Positions 1 to 13,725 of a DNA stretch of 64,000 nt are shown here, piece by piece. Below the pieces are notes generated by a model that did no database searches, was not told where the DNA came from, and saw nothing but the letters and a program-made list of their open reading frames with translations. Source of the DNA: Octopus bimaculoides (taxonomy: Eukaryota); assembly GCF_001194135.2 (NCBI RefSeq), contig NC_068993.1, positions 45,249,964-45,313,963 of the forward strand. The letters are read 5' to 3'. A program made the translations under genes and the position numbers. Position 1 is the stretch's first letter, and each line of letters begins with the position of its first letter.

Positions 1-1069
1 TATTGGATCTTGAGTTTGTGGTTGTGTACATGCATCTTTGGTTCGGCGGGAGATATACATCGCAGCTTTGCCATTAATTACACAACTGTCTTAAATCAAG
101 AATTATGAGACCGCCTGAAGTTTTCGTCTCTGACGGCTCCATTAAACTGCCGTTTGGTCGAATCAACTGTACCGCTGCTGGAATAATCTATTAGAAAATG
201 TCATAACATTGATGTATTTTGAACGTGACTTTGTGGAAGCACGTATTTGCTTGTGTATGTGTGTATGTATCTTATTACAAATGAATGCTTGTGTGAGTTA
301 GTCTGTGTGTGTCTGTGTTTGAATGTGTTTGCGTTTGAATGTTTGTATTAATTTGTGTTTACGACTACAATTAATAAAACATAAAGAAAAGCATTAGATT
401 ATGGTGCTAAAGTCCCTCTTGCAAATCACAGGCTAACGAATAGATGTATAGGACTTAGAATCCCTTAAAATGGATTGATGCAGCATATGTAAACATTCAG
501 ACTTGTAAGTTAACTGCAGAAAAATAACAATTTAGTGTATAATAACACTAGTCGTGGTACGATCGATTTGCCCATTATAGAGTATTTGCCACAAAACTAA
601 ATGGTATAACGATTGTTTTCTTCTCTGTCGAATAAGTATAACATTATTTGAAATTTTGAGCAAGAGATTGAAGTTGGTAAATATTTTGCAGACACTTCCA
701 TCACGATTTAATGAACAATTTCCAGCTAACAGCTGTCTAAAATATATTTACTAAGTAACGGATCTCTCATAATCTGAAATGTGATCATATAATTAATAAG
801 AAAACTCATCAACATTAAATCTTCAGCATCAAAATACGCTTGAGTGTGTTTTATGTACATGCCACTGAAGACATGAAAAACATATTTTCACACGCGTTAG
901 ATCGAAATATGATATATTCTGCACACAACGATGTATAGGCGAATGTGCAGCAAATTTTCTATTTATTTTCTGAGATTCAACCAAATCATGATGTACTGTT
1001 GAGTTATCATATATCGATATGTGCGTGTATGTGTATGTATGTGCGTGAGTGTATGTGTATATGAGTGTA

Positions 1070-1132
<63 letters not shown>

Positions 1133-1906
1133 NNNNNNNNNNNNNNNNNNNNNNNNNNNNNNNNNNNNNNNNNNNNNNNNNNNNNNNNNNNNNNNNNNNN
1201 NNNNNNNNNNNNNNNNNNNNNNNNNNNNNNNNNNNNNNNNNNNNNNNNNNNNNNNNNNNNNNNNNNNNNNNNNNNNNNNNNNNNNNNNNNNNNNNNNNNN
1301 NNNNNNNNNNNNNNNNNNNNNNNNNNNNNNNNNNNNNNNNNNNNNNNNNNNNNNNNNNNNNNNNNNNNNNNNNNNNNNNNNNNNNNNNNNNNNNNNNNNN
1401 NNNNNNNNNNNNNNNNNNNNNNNNNNNNNNNNNNNNNNNNNNNNNNNNNNNNNNNNNNNNNNNNNNNNNNNNNNNNNNNNNNNNNNNNNNNNNNNNNNNN
1501 NNNNNNNNNNNNNNNNNNNNNNNNNNNNNNNNNNNNNNNNNNNNNNNNNNNNNNNNNNNNNNNNNNNNNNNNNNNNNNNNNNNNNNNNNNNNNNNNNNNN
1601 NNNNNNNNNNNNNNNNNNNNNNNNNNNNNNNNNNNNNNNNNNNNNNNNNNNNNNNNNNNNNNNNNNNNNNNNNNNNNNNNNNNNNNNNNNNNNNNNNNNN
1701 NNNNNNNNNNNNNNNNNNNNNNNNNNNNNNNNNNNNNNNNNNNNNNNNNNNNNNNNNNNNNNNNNNNNNNNNNNNNNNNNNNNNNNNNNNNNNNNNNNNN
1801 NNNNNNNNNNNNNNNNNNNNNNNNNNNNNNNNNNNNNNNNNNNNNNNNNNNNNNNNNNNNNNNNNNNNNNNNNNNNNNNNNNNNNNNNNNNNNNNNNNNN
1901 NNNNNN

Positions 1907-1973
<67 letters not shown>

Positions 1974-2926
1974 CGACTGAATAAATATGTACATAATCGC
2001 CATCATGGCTCGTAATTTTTATGTCTTCAATAAAAACAGAAGTCTGTCATCTTTGAAAATATCTTACTTCACTGCAAAATCATTCATCATCGATTATATG
2101 ATGTCACAATATTTGCTTTACTGAAGTCTTGGTTATATATATATCCTATTCATACATGCACATGTCGGGCCATAAAAATATTCCATGCAATTGTGATTGT
2201 TTGAATTGTTTCGAACTCTTCCTCCACCTAGTTTTTTTTGTTTAAATTTATCCTCGATTTTTACTGCAACTATTAATGGTACGAGACGTTTTGTTACAGC
2301 CGTTTCGGCACCGCTTATCTGGCGTCACTGATTCGATGCTGTCATATTTGACATTACACATTTTCACGTTCCTCTGGTTTTAACGTTTGTCTCTTACTCC
2401 CCCCCCCACCCCCCACCGCGTTCTCTTTATGTGTGCAATTATATTTTTTTCTGGGTATGAAATGAGAAAAGTGTTCATGTTAATCGTGTTCAATAGATGA
2501 AATGTAATCTTTTTCTGTCTCACTCTCTCTATGTCTTTGCGTATATTTTTCCGCACACGTATGTGTGTGTGTGCGTGTGCGTTTACCTCCAGTGCTAAAA
2601 ATTACTGTCGCCAAAATCGCCAACCGTGCCAAATCGCCAGTGTTCAAACAACCACGCTCAATTGTCTCATTACGAACTATTAACGTCTGTATTAAATCAC
2701 CGTTCTCATATTTGATCTGTTTATTTTTCTTTCAATATTGCTCCATGCATATTTTTAACACTTTGTACTCTATATCATACACTTGTATTCGATGATTTTT
2801 TTTATCAGTACTCTTATGGTTCTGTACTTGTTACTTCTATTAGTAATATGCTTTCTGTTATGGTCTTGCGAATGCACGCGTATATGTATGCCTGCGTAAT
2901 ATATGTGTACGTGTGTACCTACCTAC

Positions 2927-2982
<56 letters not shown>

Positions 2983-3180
2983 GAGGTATCATTAATATGA
3001 GGTGTCATTAATGTCAAAAACCCTTAATATGAGATATCATTGATATCATTGATCTTCCGCCATCCATAATGAATTGAATTATGATTATAAGCACATTCTT
3101 TCCCTTTCAACACAAAAGGAAATGTAAGTCTCTAAATTTCATCTATTTATCCATATTCTTCTGCTATTATTCTTTATAGA

Positions 3181-3640
3181 GTCGTGAAGGTAGTCCTCAG
3201 GCACAGCCTCCATAGGGTCCTATCAGAAGCAAACGCCATTCCACTTTCCTTTTAGATTTCAAAACGTGATAAACTGAGATTATTGATATTATTCAAGCAT
3301 CTCGTTCTTGGTCTACTACCTACTCTAGGTCTCCTACCTGTTCGTCTGGCTTCAAGAAACCATCTTGCAATCTTCTTCTACAACGTTCTAATAATGTTTC
3401 CGTAGACTCTAAGTTACATCCTTTATTTTCTTCATTTCCCCAAGAGCATTGTTTTATCGTCACTCGTCTACAAGCTTAAATAGATATTTTCGTTCTTTTT
3501 TAAATACCTATTCATTTGCATTCTGTATACTTGTGATGAAATGTATTTTCTTCGTCTTTATCCTTTCATTCCCCTGACTGATTTAGATTCTTTAACGTCT
3601 ATTCTCTACGCTCCGTTTCATCTCCGTTTATCTTATTCTC
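3181..3640 (-). mobile_element. RTE-type LINE 3' remnant (same family as 60110-60370)
   Basis: The minus frame reads IARWFLEARRTGRRPRVGSRPRTRCLNNINNL, like the RTE C-terminal G.RPRGRP.TRW motif. The tail ggaccct..gtgcctgaggac..acgac is shared with the copy at ~60320. Confidence 0.5.
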
Positions 3641-4045
3641 ATATTATCAGCTGGCTTTGATGTATTATTTATATATTTTCTACTTGTATGATTATATTAC
3701 TTTTTGTCTGTTGTTGGTTGAAACATGATTCGCTTACATATAAAGAGAATGAGCCAAAGGGCGTCATTTTTCAATATTTCATCTGAAGTCGTAGTCGGTA
3801 ATCGATTTAATTTGAGTATAGATCATTCAAAAGTACGTGATGACATATTAAGTTTTAGCAATTTGTTTTCTGTTTATACTTTTTAACTCCATGCGTCTCT
3901 TGTTACTACGAGACAGCCCTAATCCATATTGATGCTTCATCGACTGCGTCATACTAGCAGAGGAGAATAACATAGCAGAAAGACGAGCCTCAGTTTTTCC
4001 CGTTAATTTGTCGCACATTCAGCTCATCTGTACATACACCGACAC

Positions 4046-4081
<36 letters not shown>

Positions 4082-4559
4082 NNNNNNNNNNNNNNNNNNN
4101 NNNNNNNNNNNNNNNNNNNNNNNNNNNNNNNNNNNNNNNNNNNNNNNNNNNNNNNNNNNNNNNNNNNNNNNNNNNNNNNNNNNNNNNNNNNNNNNNNNNN
4201 NNNNNNNNNNNNNNNNNNNNNNNNNNNNNNNNNNNNNNNNNNNNNNNNNNNNNNNNNNNNNNNNNNNNNNNNNNNNNNNNNNNNNNNNNNNNNNNNNNNN
4301 NNNNNNNNNNNNNNNNNNNNNNNNNNNNNNNNNNNNNNNNNNNNNNNNNNNNNNNNNNNNNNNNNNNNNNNNNNNNNNNNNNNNNNNNNNNNNNNNNNNN
4401 NNNNTATATATATATATATATATATATGCACACAAACATTTATATATATACATAGTGAAACTAATAAAAATGAAACTATTAAAAGTGGAACCATATAGTA
4501 ATGAAACAATTATATCACATTACAATAGAGGCGTTATTGTTTCACTTTTGACACGTAAT

Positions 4560-4753
4560 GCCGAAACAGTCTAAGAGATTGCTCCGGGCTTCCATTAGGC
4601 AAGAAGTTGAAAATTGTTTTGGCCCATGATACTCCATGAACGCTAAGTAAGGCATGTGTAAAATTTGAATGAAATCGGTTGGGTAGTTCTCGAGATTCAG
4701 TGATGCCTACATACACACAGACAGAGAGGCATTCTCAGTTTCATATATATAGA
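4560..4753 (-). mobile_element. Helentron/HINE-like non-autonomous element fragment
   Basis: The minus strand begins ATCTATATATATGAAACTGAGAATG...TCTGTCTGT...CAACCGATTTCATTCAAATTTTACAC, the layout of DINE-1/HINE-like elements. Recognised by pattern only. Confidence 0.35.
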
Positions 4754-5757
4754 TATACACAGATGCATGCATTCTACATACATATATATATATATATATA
4801 TACATACATACTTACGTTCATACGTTCATACATACGTACATGCATACATACATAATACATACATAATACATACATAGATACATACATGCATATANNNNNN
4901 NNNNNNNNNNNNNNNNNNNNNNNNNNNNNNNNNNNNNNNNNNNNNNNNNNNNNNNNNNNNNNNNNNNNNNNNNNNNNNNNNNNNNNNNNNNNNNNNNNNN
5001 NNNNNNNNNNNNNNNNNNNNNNNNNNNNNNNNNNNNNNNNNNNNNNNNNNNNNNNNNNNNNNNNNNNNNNNNNNNNNNNNNNNNNNNNNNNNNNNNNNNN
5101 NNNNNNNNNNNNNNNNNNNNNNNNNNNNNNNNNNNNNNNNNNNNNNNNNNNNNNNNNNNNNNNNNNNNNNNNNNNNNNNNNNNNNNNNNNNNNNNNNNNN
5201 NNNNNNNNNNNNNNNNNNNNNNNNNNNNNNNNNNNNNNNNNNNNNNNNNNNNNNNNNNNNNNNNNNNNNNNNNNNNNNNNNNNNNNNNNNNNNNNNNNNN
5301 NNNNNNNNNNNNNNNNNNNNNNNNNNNNNNNNNNNNNNNNNNNNNNNNNNNNNNNNNNNNNNNNNNNNNNNNNNNNNNNNNNNNNNNNNNNNNNNNNNNN
5401 NNNNNNNNNNNNNNNNNNNNNNNNNNNNNNNNNNNNNNNNNNNNNNNNNNNNNNNNNNNNNNNNNNNNNNNNNNNNNNNNNNNNNNNNNNNNNNNNNNNN
5501 NNNNNNNNNNNNNNNNNNNNNNNNNNNNNNNNNNNNNNNNNNNNNNNNNNNNNNNNNNNNNNNNNNNNNNNNNNNNNNNNNNNNNNNNNNNNNNNNNNNN
5601 NNNNNNNNNNNNNNNNNNNNNNNNNNNNNNNNNNNNNNNNNNNNNNNNNNNNNNNNNNNNNNNNNNNNNNNNNNNNNNNNNNNNNNNNNNNNNNNNNNNN
5701 NNNNNNNNNNNNNNNNNNNNNNNNNNNNNNNNNNNNNNNNNNNNATATATATATGAC

Positions 5758-5814
<57 letters not shown>

Positions 5815-6460
5815 GATGATGTTGATGATATTTGCAACTCGATTTCGAACGGTGGCATTGATTGATTGTTCCCTGAAACACGACCAGCACAGACGTGTGA
5901 CGACAGGCGTCTCTTGCTGGAGGTGTTCAGAGAGCTTACCTCCCACTCTGACATATACCTTCATTTTATCAAGGAATTTTTATTGAATTGTTTGCCTTTG
6001 TCGGCAAAAGCCAGTCATACTATGAACTCATAATAGAGATGTTAGACATGAAGCGATGCCTGTACCCTTGCACAGGGCTCATCTCACTCTCTATAAAACG
6101 CATGCATTTGTCCCCAAAGAACTACTTTATATAATCGGATGCAAACTAAGTTACTGGTGTTACCTCAGAATTTTCCTTCTCCTAGAGATAGATGTCTGAA
6201 TGAAGACTAGGGACCTCTCACTCACAGCTGTTGACCGGTCACTGATTCTACTGAGTTTATCTGTTCTGTGACAGATTGTTTTCCGTTCTGCGAGTTGTCC
6301 AATAAAAACCACTCTCCTTGCCAAGCAGGTTGGGTTATGGTTTCCATTCTAGCCGCTGACGGTCTGACCATGCAATTGTACGAATTGGGTCACATGTTAC
6401 TTGTTGCTCAAAGAAAGATCTGATACATACACAAACGTTCGCTCGCATGCACTCACGCAC

Positions 6461-6604
<144 letters not shown>

Positions 6605-8165
6605 TAACACACACACAAACACACACACTCACACATACATATACAAATTATGGAAGCAAAACTCATATTGCAACACGACGTTAAAATAAACAAGTAAACA
6701 ACGTACACATAAAAAAAAAAAAATCAACACATGACTGTTGACGTGGAAACTTAACGGTCGAAGAAATCTTTAGCAGTAAAGTCTACAAAATTCCGACCTC
6801 TACGAAAGAAGAAATACAGAAGCCGAATCTAACCTGAAGATGAGACTGTGAAAGTCTGGAAGCGTTTGTGGAACTTTATTGTTTCGAAAAGACTATAAAA
6901 AAACTTATACAGAGATATAAAAAAATCCGCAATAAAACAAAAAAAACAAAACAAAAAAAAGCTGGATCTACTAGTTTCGATCCAAAAATCAATTGTTCAG
7001 GATATGCTATTTAAAGTAGGCTCACGTCTCGTAGTCTGTTGGTATTTAGTATAGTACTCTGATCTTGTCTCCAACTTAGCATCCTTTACAGTCTAGTCTG
7101 TGTTTTGCGTTTGATACATGCAGAAGTTTTATTGGGGATTACAGAAAAATCGAGCAAACGTGACAAATCTGATGTGTTTTACCCGGAATTTCTAGTCTGG
7201 GATTAATTATCACATACAGGATTAAAAATAAAAACTTACATAGAATTAAGGCCGAGAGACGAAATTGGTATTGAGATTTATTTTAGGTTTTAAGCGTCTT
7301 CTGTGATTGTATGAATGTTTGCTGTGTGTATATATATTTTTAGGTGACAGGTTTGTTTGTTCACCGCACCCTGTCGTCTAAGGTCTAAATCTCTTTATGG
7401 TTAGTTTACCTTGGTGTAGCTGAAGAACGAAAAGAAGGAAACAAAAAAGAAGGGGGTCAGCTTAAGAACCATGCAAAAGCGTTTAGTGTTAATACTTGAG
7501 TGTGTGCTGACGGAGATAAACCAAGCAGATAGGGTGTATGTATGTATGTATGTATGCTATGTATGTATGTATGTATGTATGTATCATGTGAATACATTTG
7601 TGCATATGTGTGTGTAATGTGTTATGTATGTCTCTCTATCTGTTTCTGTATACGCACACACACACACACACACACACACANNNNNNNNNNNNNNNNNNNN
7701 NNNNNNNNNNNNNNNNNNNNNNNNNNNNNNNNNNNNNNNNNNNNNNNNNNNNNNNNNNNNNNNNNNNNNNNNNNNNNNNNNNNNNNNNNNNNNNNNNNNN
7801 NNNNNNNNNNNNNNNNNNNNNNNNNNNNNNNNNNNNNNNNNNNNNNNNNNNNNNNNNNNNNNNNNNNNNNNNNNNNNNNNNNNNNNNNNNNNNNNNNNNN
7901 NNNNNNNNNNNNNNNNNNNNNNNNNNNNNNNNNNNNNNNNNNNNNNNNNNNNNNNNNNNNNNNNNNNNNNNNNNNNNNNNNNNNNNNNNNNNNNNNNNNN
8001 NNNNNNNNNNNNNNNNNNNNNNNNNNNNNNNNNNNNNNNNNNNNNNNNNNNNNNNNNNNNNNNNNNNNNNNNNNNNNNNNNNNNNNNNNNNNNNNNNNNN
8101 NNNNNNNNNNNNNNNNNNNNNNNNNNNNNNNNNNNNNNNNNNNNNNNNNNNNNNNNNNNNNNNNN

Positions 8166-8202
<37 letters not shown>

Positions 8203-8204
<2 letters not shown>

Positions 8205-8330
8205 AGAGTTGGACAAAATAATGGAAACACCATAAAATTTTGTGATCCTTTCTAACAATTCCCTATCTTTGGTTTTCTTTCGGAGCTTTGTTTTGACGAG
8301 GAGGTTTTTCCCTCTTTCTCAAACTGTTCT
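8203..8330 (-). mobile_element. Tc1 remnant: terminal inverted repeat plus a short N-terminal transposase piece
   Basis: (TA)n|CAAGAGTTGGACAAAATAATGGAAACACC is a Tc1-type terminus at a TA target. The adjacent minus frame FEKEGKTSSSKQSSERKPK matches the Tc1 copy at 9600-9796. Confidence 0.65.
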
Positions 8331-8590
8331 CGCCGTTCCAATGGAGTGGCAAGTGATATTTGCATCAGCTGATCTCTGGAACACATGGGAAGCCGATCAC
8401 AATCACTGCAAACTTCACATACAATATGTGAAGTAAAAAATTTATCTTGGTCTCCAAGTCTCATGTTGAAGTAATCCTTGTGTCTTGCTTGTATGAGTGA
8501 CACGATGTTTCTTCTACAGTCCTTGAAAGCATATTCCTCACAAATATAGCTAAAGTGATCTAGGTAATTGCAACATGCACGTCTTGAAGT
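8331..8590 (-). mobile_element. Chapaev (CMC superfamily) transposase N-terminal remnant
   Basis: The minus frame reads SRRACCNYLDHFSYICEEY...YFNMRLGDQDKFFTSHIVCEVC...LATPLERREQ, a degenerate form of the Chapaev3-type C..PD.FCYICG.Y / YF...LGDQDK.WAPH.VC..C / FA.PM.WRE motifs. Confidence 0.65.
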
Positions 8591-9029
8591 CCTGCAAATT
8601 GAAGTAAATTGAAGAGGAGAAATAAAAAGAACAGCGGTCTACAGTGAACAGAGCAATGATTAATTTGGTGCAAATCAAAATGACAACCGAAACACGCATT
8701 TAAATAGAAGTCTTCTAAAACCAGACTTGACCTAATTATACCTATTTTTACAGCTCTCTCATTAAAAGTTGTCCCAAAAAGAACAATCAAAGGCATTCTT
8801 AAAAGACAAATAGGAATTCTTGATGTACTGTACGCGACATTACATCTCTAAATTTGGTATACAAAGGGTATCTTGTAGATCAAGTCTAGACGTGCAAAAC
8901 TGACTTTGTATTCTGAAAGGGTACTGCAAAGTTATCTAAAATCATCCTAACTATCTCTTGTTAAAGAAACTTTGTTTTCATATTGTCATCAGTGTTATAA
9001 GGAATGGAAGCAGTATTAGTACCAAAAGA

Positions 9030-9418
9030 TAATCTTTATATCCAGCTAAATGTGGCTATCTTGTCAGAACACCGAATACTGCGTTATTAGCCTTGAGAAA
9101 TCCTCTCATATAGGCGCGCATGGTGCATAAAAGTACATTTATGACATCAGTGTCTGAAAAGGTGCTGTTATTCTACATATCTCAGCAGCAATATTTGACT
9201 GGCGAGCGGTGACCGGACGCATCCCACTCATGATTTGCAATGGAATGAAATCACATGATAAGGAAGTACAGACACTCATGACAGAGGATTCTCGTCTGCT
9301 ACGATCTATGTGTGTGTTTTATTGCAACAAGCGCCTATAAGAGAGGATCTTTCAGTGCAAATAACGCAGGTTTCGGTGTTCTCACAAGACATCCTCGTTA
9401 TGTTGGATATAAAGATTA
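9030..9418. mobile_element. MITE-like element with ~100-bp degenerate terminal inverted repeats
   Basis: 9030-9132 (taatctttatatccag...agaacaccgaatactgcgttatt...ataggcgc) is the reverse complement of ~9318-9418, with mismatches. Confidence 0.6.
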
Positions 9419-9599
9419 AGTCATATATATATATATATATATATAATAGTAACAACAACAACAATAAGAAGAAAAATAAAATGTAGCATAGATCGATGAC
9501 AAAGGAATATACAGAAAGCAGGAAGAAACACGTACAATCGACGGTTCACGCTTAATTACTCATTAGTTATTGACACAAATCATCACTATTTCGACGCCC

Positions 9600-9796
9600 C
9601 CCCCCCACACAAGTTCTGGTTTTCTTCCGGAGTTTTGTTTCGACGAGGAGGTTTTTTTCTCTTTCTCAAAGGTTGTCATTACTTTCGAGACGGTATTTCT
9701 TGATACACCAAACATTTCGGCTGTTTTCGTTACGCTAGCGCCTGTCATACGCGCACCAACAATTTGGCCTCTTTGAAAGACCGATAGATCTGTCAT
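9600..9796 (-). mobile_element. Tc1 transposase N-terminal (HTH) fragment
   Basis: MTDLSVFQRGQIVGARMTGASVTKTAEMFGVSRNTVSKVMTTFEKEKKTSSSKQNSGRKP is a typical Tc1 paired-like HTH N-terminus. Confidence 0.85.
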
Positions 9797-10046
9797 TTTA
9801 ATGAATTTTAATTACCTTCTTCTGATGATATCTGGAAAAGAAACAGCAATTTTAGCAAAACATATTAAGCAACACTAATAATAAATTTTAAAAAAAGACA
9901 TAAAAATAAACAAGCTTTTGACGGTTTTATAGATATTTCAAACCTATAATGCTNNNNNNNNNNNNNNNNNNNNNNNNNNNNNNNNNNNNNNNNNNNNNNN
10001 NNNNNNNNNNNNNNNNNNNNNNNNNNNNNNNNNNNNATATATATAT

Positions 10047-10103
<57 letters not shown>

Positions 10104-11230
10104 GCATGAGTGTGTGTGCCTGCGTGTGTGCAGGTGCGTGTGGCTCAAGTTCATTCATACCTCAATACTAGCGGTTCGACAAATATTTATTGCTGATAGA
10201 TTTGGATTGTTATGACTGACTATACCATTGAAAGTGGCCATCTGCCCAAAACGGCCGCATTCTGGTGTACTGAAACAACTTATAGAATTCACATGTGAAT
10301 ACTTAAGTAAAATAATACACCAAACACCGAAAAAGCAAGCAGCCATTACTCGCTAGCACTGTAGACATTATAAGACATGAGACATTAGCTGCTGAATCTG
10401 AAATCAATAACGGAGCTTTCAAATAACACATTGCCACTTCTACAGCATCATATTATCTTCCCTTGTTTGGCAATGTTCAGCACTTAACATATGTGCGTAT
10501 GTATGATGCGAGAGTGTTATATTATATATATATATATGTGTGTGAGTGTGTGTATATGTATATATGCATATATATATATATATATATATANNNNNNNNNN
10601 NNNNNNNNNNNNNNNNNNNNNNNNNNNNNNNNNNNNNNNNNNNNNNNNNNNNNNNNNNNNNNNNNNNNNNNNNNNNNNNNNNNNNNNNNNNNNNNNNNNN
10701 NNNNNNNNNNNNNNNNNNNNNNNNNNNNNNNNNNNNNNNNNNNNNNNNNNNNNNNNNNNNNNNNNNNNNNNNNNNNNNNNNNNNNNNNNNNNNNNNNNNN
10801 NNNNNNNNNNNNNNNNNNNNNNNNNNNNNNNNNNNNNNNNNNNNNNNNNNNNNNNNNNNNNNNNNNNNNNNNNNNNNNNNNNNNNNNNNNNNNNNNNNNN
10901 NNNNNNNNNNNNNNNNNNNNNNNNNNNNNNNNNNNNNNNNNNNNNNNNNNNNNNNNNNNNNNNNNNNNNNNNNNNNNNNNNNNNNNNNNNNNNNNNNNNN
11001 NNNNNNNNNNNNNNNNNNNNNNNNNNNNNNNNNNNNNNNNNNNNNNNNNNNNNNNNNNNNNNNNNNNNNNNNNNNNNNNNNNATATATATATACATATAT
11101 TCTGAAGGTGTGTAGCTTCGTTGTTAGGGTACGTTGTGTCCTTCAGCAAGATTCTTTATTTCAGGTCGCACTAGTTCACTCAGCTGGCAAAAATGAGTTC
11201 TACATATTATTCGAAAGGGCCAGCCTTTCT

Positions 11231-11374
11231 GTGTCACGCTGAATCTCTTTGTGAACTACGTTAAGGGTACCCGTGTCTGTGGAGTGCTCAGCCACTTGCA
11301 CGTTAATTTCACAAGCAACCTCTCGGTTGATCGGATCAACTATGATACACGTCGTCGTAACCGACGGAGAGCCA
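11231..11374 (+). repeat. Dispersed repeat segment (copy 1; copy 2 at 14809-14953)
   Basis: gtgtcacgctgaat...gaactac.ttaagggtac.cgtgtctg..gagtgctcagccacttgcacgttaatttcac...cgacggag.gcca occurs at both loci. Confidence 0.75.
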
Positions 11375-11450
11375 GTTTTATATATGTATGTTTATAGACA
11401 CATGTATGCATACACACACGCATACGCACACACACACACAACACATAAGT

Positions 11451-11670
11451 TTTTCTTATTTCTTTATTGCCCACAAGGGGCTGAACATAGAGGGGACAAA
11501 CAAGGACAGATAAAGGTTTTTAGTGCGTAACTGGTACTTAATTTGCCGACCCCGAAAGGACGAAAGGCAAAGTCGACCTCGGTGGAATTTGAACTCAGAA
11601 CGTAACGGCAGACGAAATACTAATAAGCATTTCGCCCAACGGGGTAACGTTTCTGCCAGCTCGCCGCCTT
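11451..11670 (-). mobile_element. tRNA-derived SINE, family A (near full length)
   Basis: The minus strand has an A-box-like TGGCAGAAACG and B-box GTTCAAATTCC, plus the tail ...gtcccctctatgttcagccccttgtgggcaataaagaaata. It closely resembles 55049-55283 and ~15 other partial copies in the window. Confidence 0.85.
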
Positions 11671-11676
11671 AACATA

Positions 11677-11773
<97 letters not shown>

Positions 11774-12389
11774 TCATCCATTCTGAGACAACGAACTCAT
11801 GAGTTTTGTTCGGTTATATCGATGACAGCATCTTGGTATTTAGTCTTTTTGACCTCACGCGAGTGCCAAGGTAAGCCGACTTTGCATGATATTAAGGGGC
11901 ATTACTGGAAACACTGCTATGTGCTGTAGAATATACTTGTTCAATGCACCGGTTCTGTAAATCTCACGCCGATAAACAAACACGTACAAACAGATATACA
12001 CACAGGCACTCACATCTACACACATATTTCCGATCATGGCTTAACTTCGAAGTCACTGTCAATACTATCCTTGTTAAAAAATATATATATATATAGCACT
12101 GTATAATACATTTATATATATATATATATAAATATATGTATAAATGTGCTTATATATATATATATATATATATTATATATGTGTGTGTGTATGTATGTGT
12201 TTGTTTACCAGTGTAGATCAACGTGTTGAGTGATGTCCCTTGAGGTAAAATTAAACTAGAAGTTAGTAATTCGATAAGTAGATCGATATAATTAGTACCT
12301 TGCTAAACTAAGAACTCGGGTCGATATAATTGATTAAAACCCTTGAAGGCCATGCCTTGGCATGGATGCTAGAAACAGAATAAAATATG

Positions 12390-12423
<34 letters not shown>

Positions 12424-12450
12424 ATGTATATATATGTATGCATGTATGTA

Positions 12451-12515
<65 letters not shown>

Positions 12516-12886
12516 GTATACGTATGTATGAATGTGTGNNNNNNNNNNNNNNNNNNNNNNNNNNNNNNNNNNNNNNNNNNNNNNNNNNNNNNNNNNNNNN
12601 NNNNNNNNNNNNNNNNNNNNNNNNNNNNNNNNNNNNNNNNNNNNNNNNNNNNNNNNNNNNNNNNNNNNNNNNNNNNNNNNNNNNNNNNNNNNNNNNNNNN
12701 NNNNNNNNNNNNNNNNNNNNNNNNNNNNNNNNNNNNNNNNNNNNNNNNNNNNNNNNNNNNNNNNNNNNNNNNNNNNNNNNNNNNNNNNNNNNNNNNNNNN
12801 NNNNNNNNNNNNNNNNNNNNNNNNNNNNNNNNNNNNNNNNNNNNNNNNNNNNNNNNNNNNNNNNNNNNNNNNNNNNNNNNNNNNNN

Positions 12887-12929
<43 letters not shown>

Positions 12930-13675
12930 GTATACGTACATACATATTGACTAGCTGTTTCCCTCATATGCAAATACACACACGCACACATGGATTATGC
13001 ACACATACACACACACACACATATATATATATATGCATGTCTGTCTGTGTATTTATGCATATTTACAATTGGGGAAACAACTAGTCGATGCGTGTAGTAG
13101 TGTTCATTTACTTACTTGGAATCTGCGACTTGGAAATGGGGAACTCAGACGAGACGTCAGATAAATATAGAAATGATTTCATACACACACACTCACACTC
13201 ATACACGCATACTTATGTATATATAAGTATATGCACATGTTTTTATACATCTCTATTACATTATATTATATTACATTACATTATATTATATTATATTATT
13301 CATATCATATGTAAACGGAAATGATCAGCGAATAGATGCCCAGTGAGACAGCTCCTCTAGTTCACGGTAGCCAGTAAACACAAATCCTTACACCGAAATA
13401 GGCACGAACAAGCTCGCACGCACGCNNNNNNNNNNNNNNNNNNNNNNNNNNNNNNNNNNNNNNNNNNNNNNNNNNNNNNNNNNNNNNNNNNNNNNNNNNN
13501 NNNNNNNNNNNNNNNNNNNNNNNNNNNNNNNNNNNNNNNNNNNNNNNNNNNNNNNNNNNNNNNNNNNNNNNNNNNNNNNNNNNNNNNNNNNNNNNNNNNN
13601 NNNNNNNNNNNNNNNNNNNNNNNNNNNNNNNNNNNNNNNNNNNNNNNNNNNNNNNNNNNNNNNNNNNNNNNNNNN

Positions 13676-13725
<50 letters not shown>

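Noticed and set aside
1-108. Frame 1 YWILSLWLCTCIFGSAG resembling the end of a signal peptide
   Set aside because: Truncated by the window edge, stops after 35 codons, and has no convincing donor.
1075-1966. (GT)n and (AC)n facing each other across a gap as a giant hairpin
   Set aside because: The interior is unknown, and contigs routinely end in microsatellites, so the orientation cannot be trusted.
13088-13324. MRVVVFIYLLGIC... as a signal-peptide exon
   Set aside because: No usable GT donor follows and the frame runs into microsatellite.
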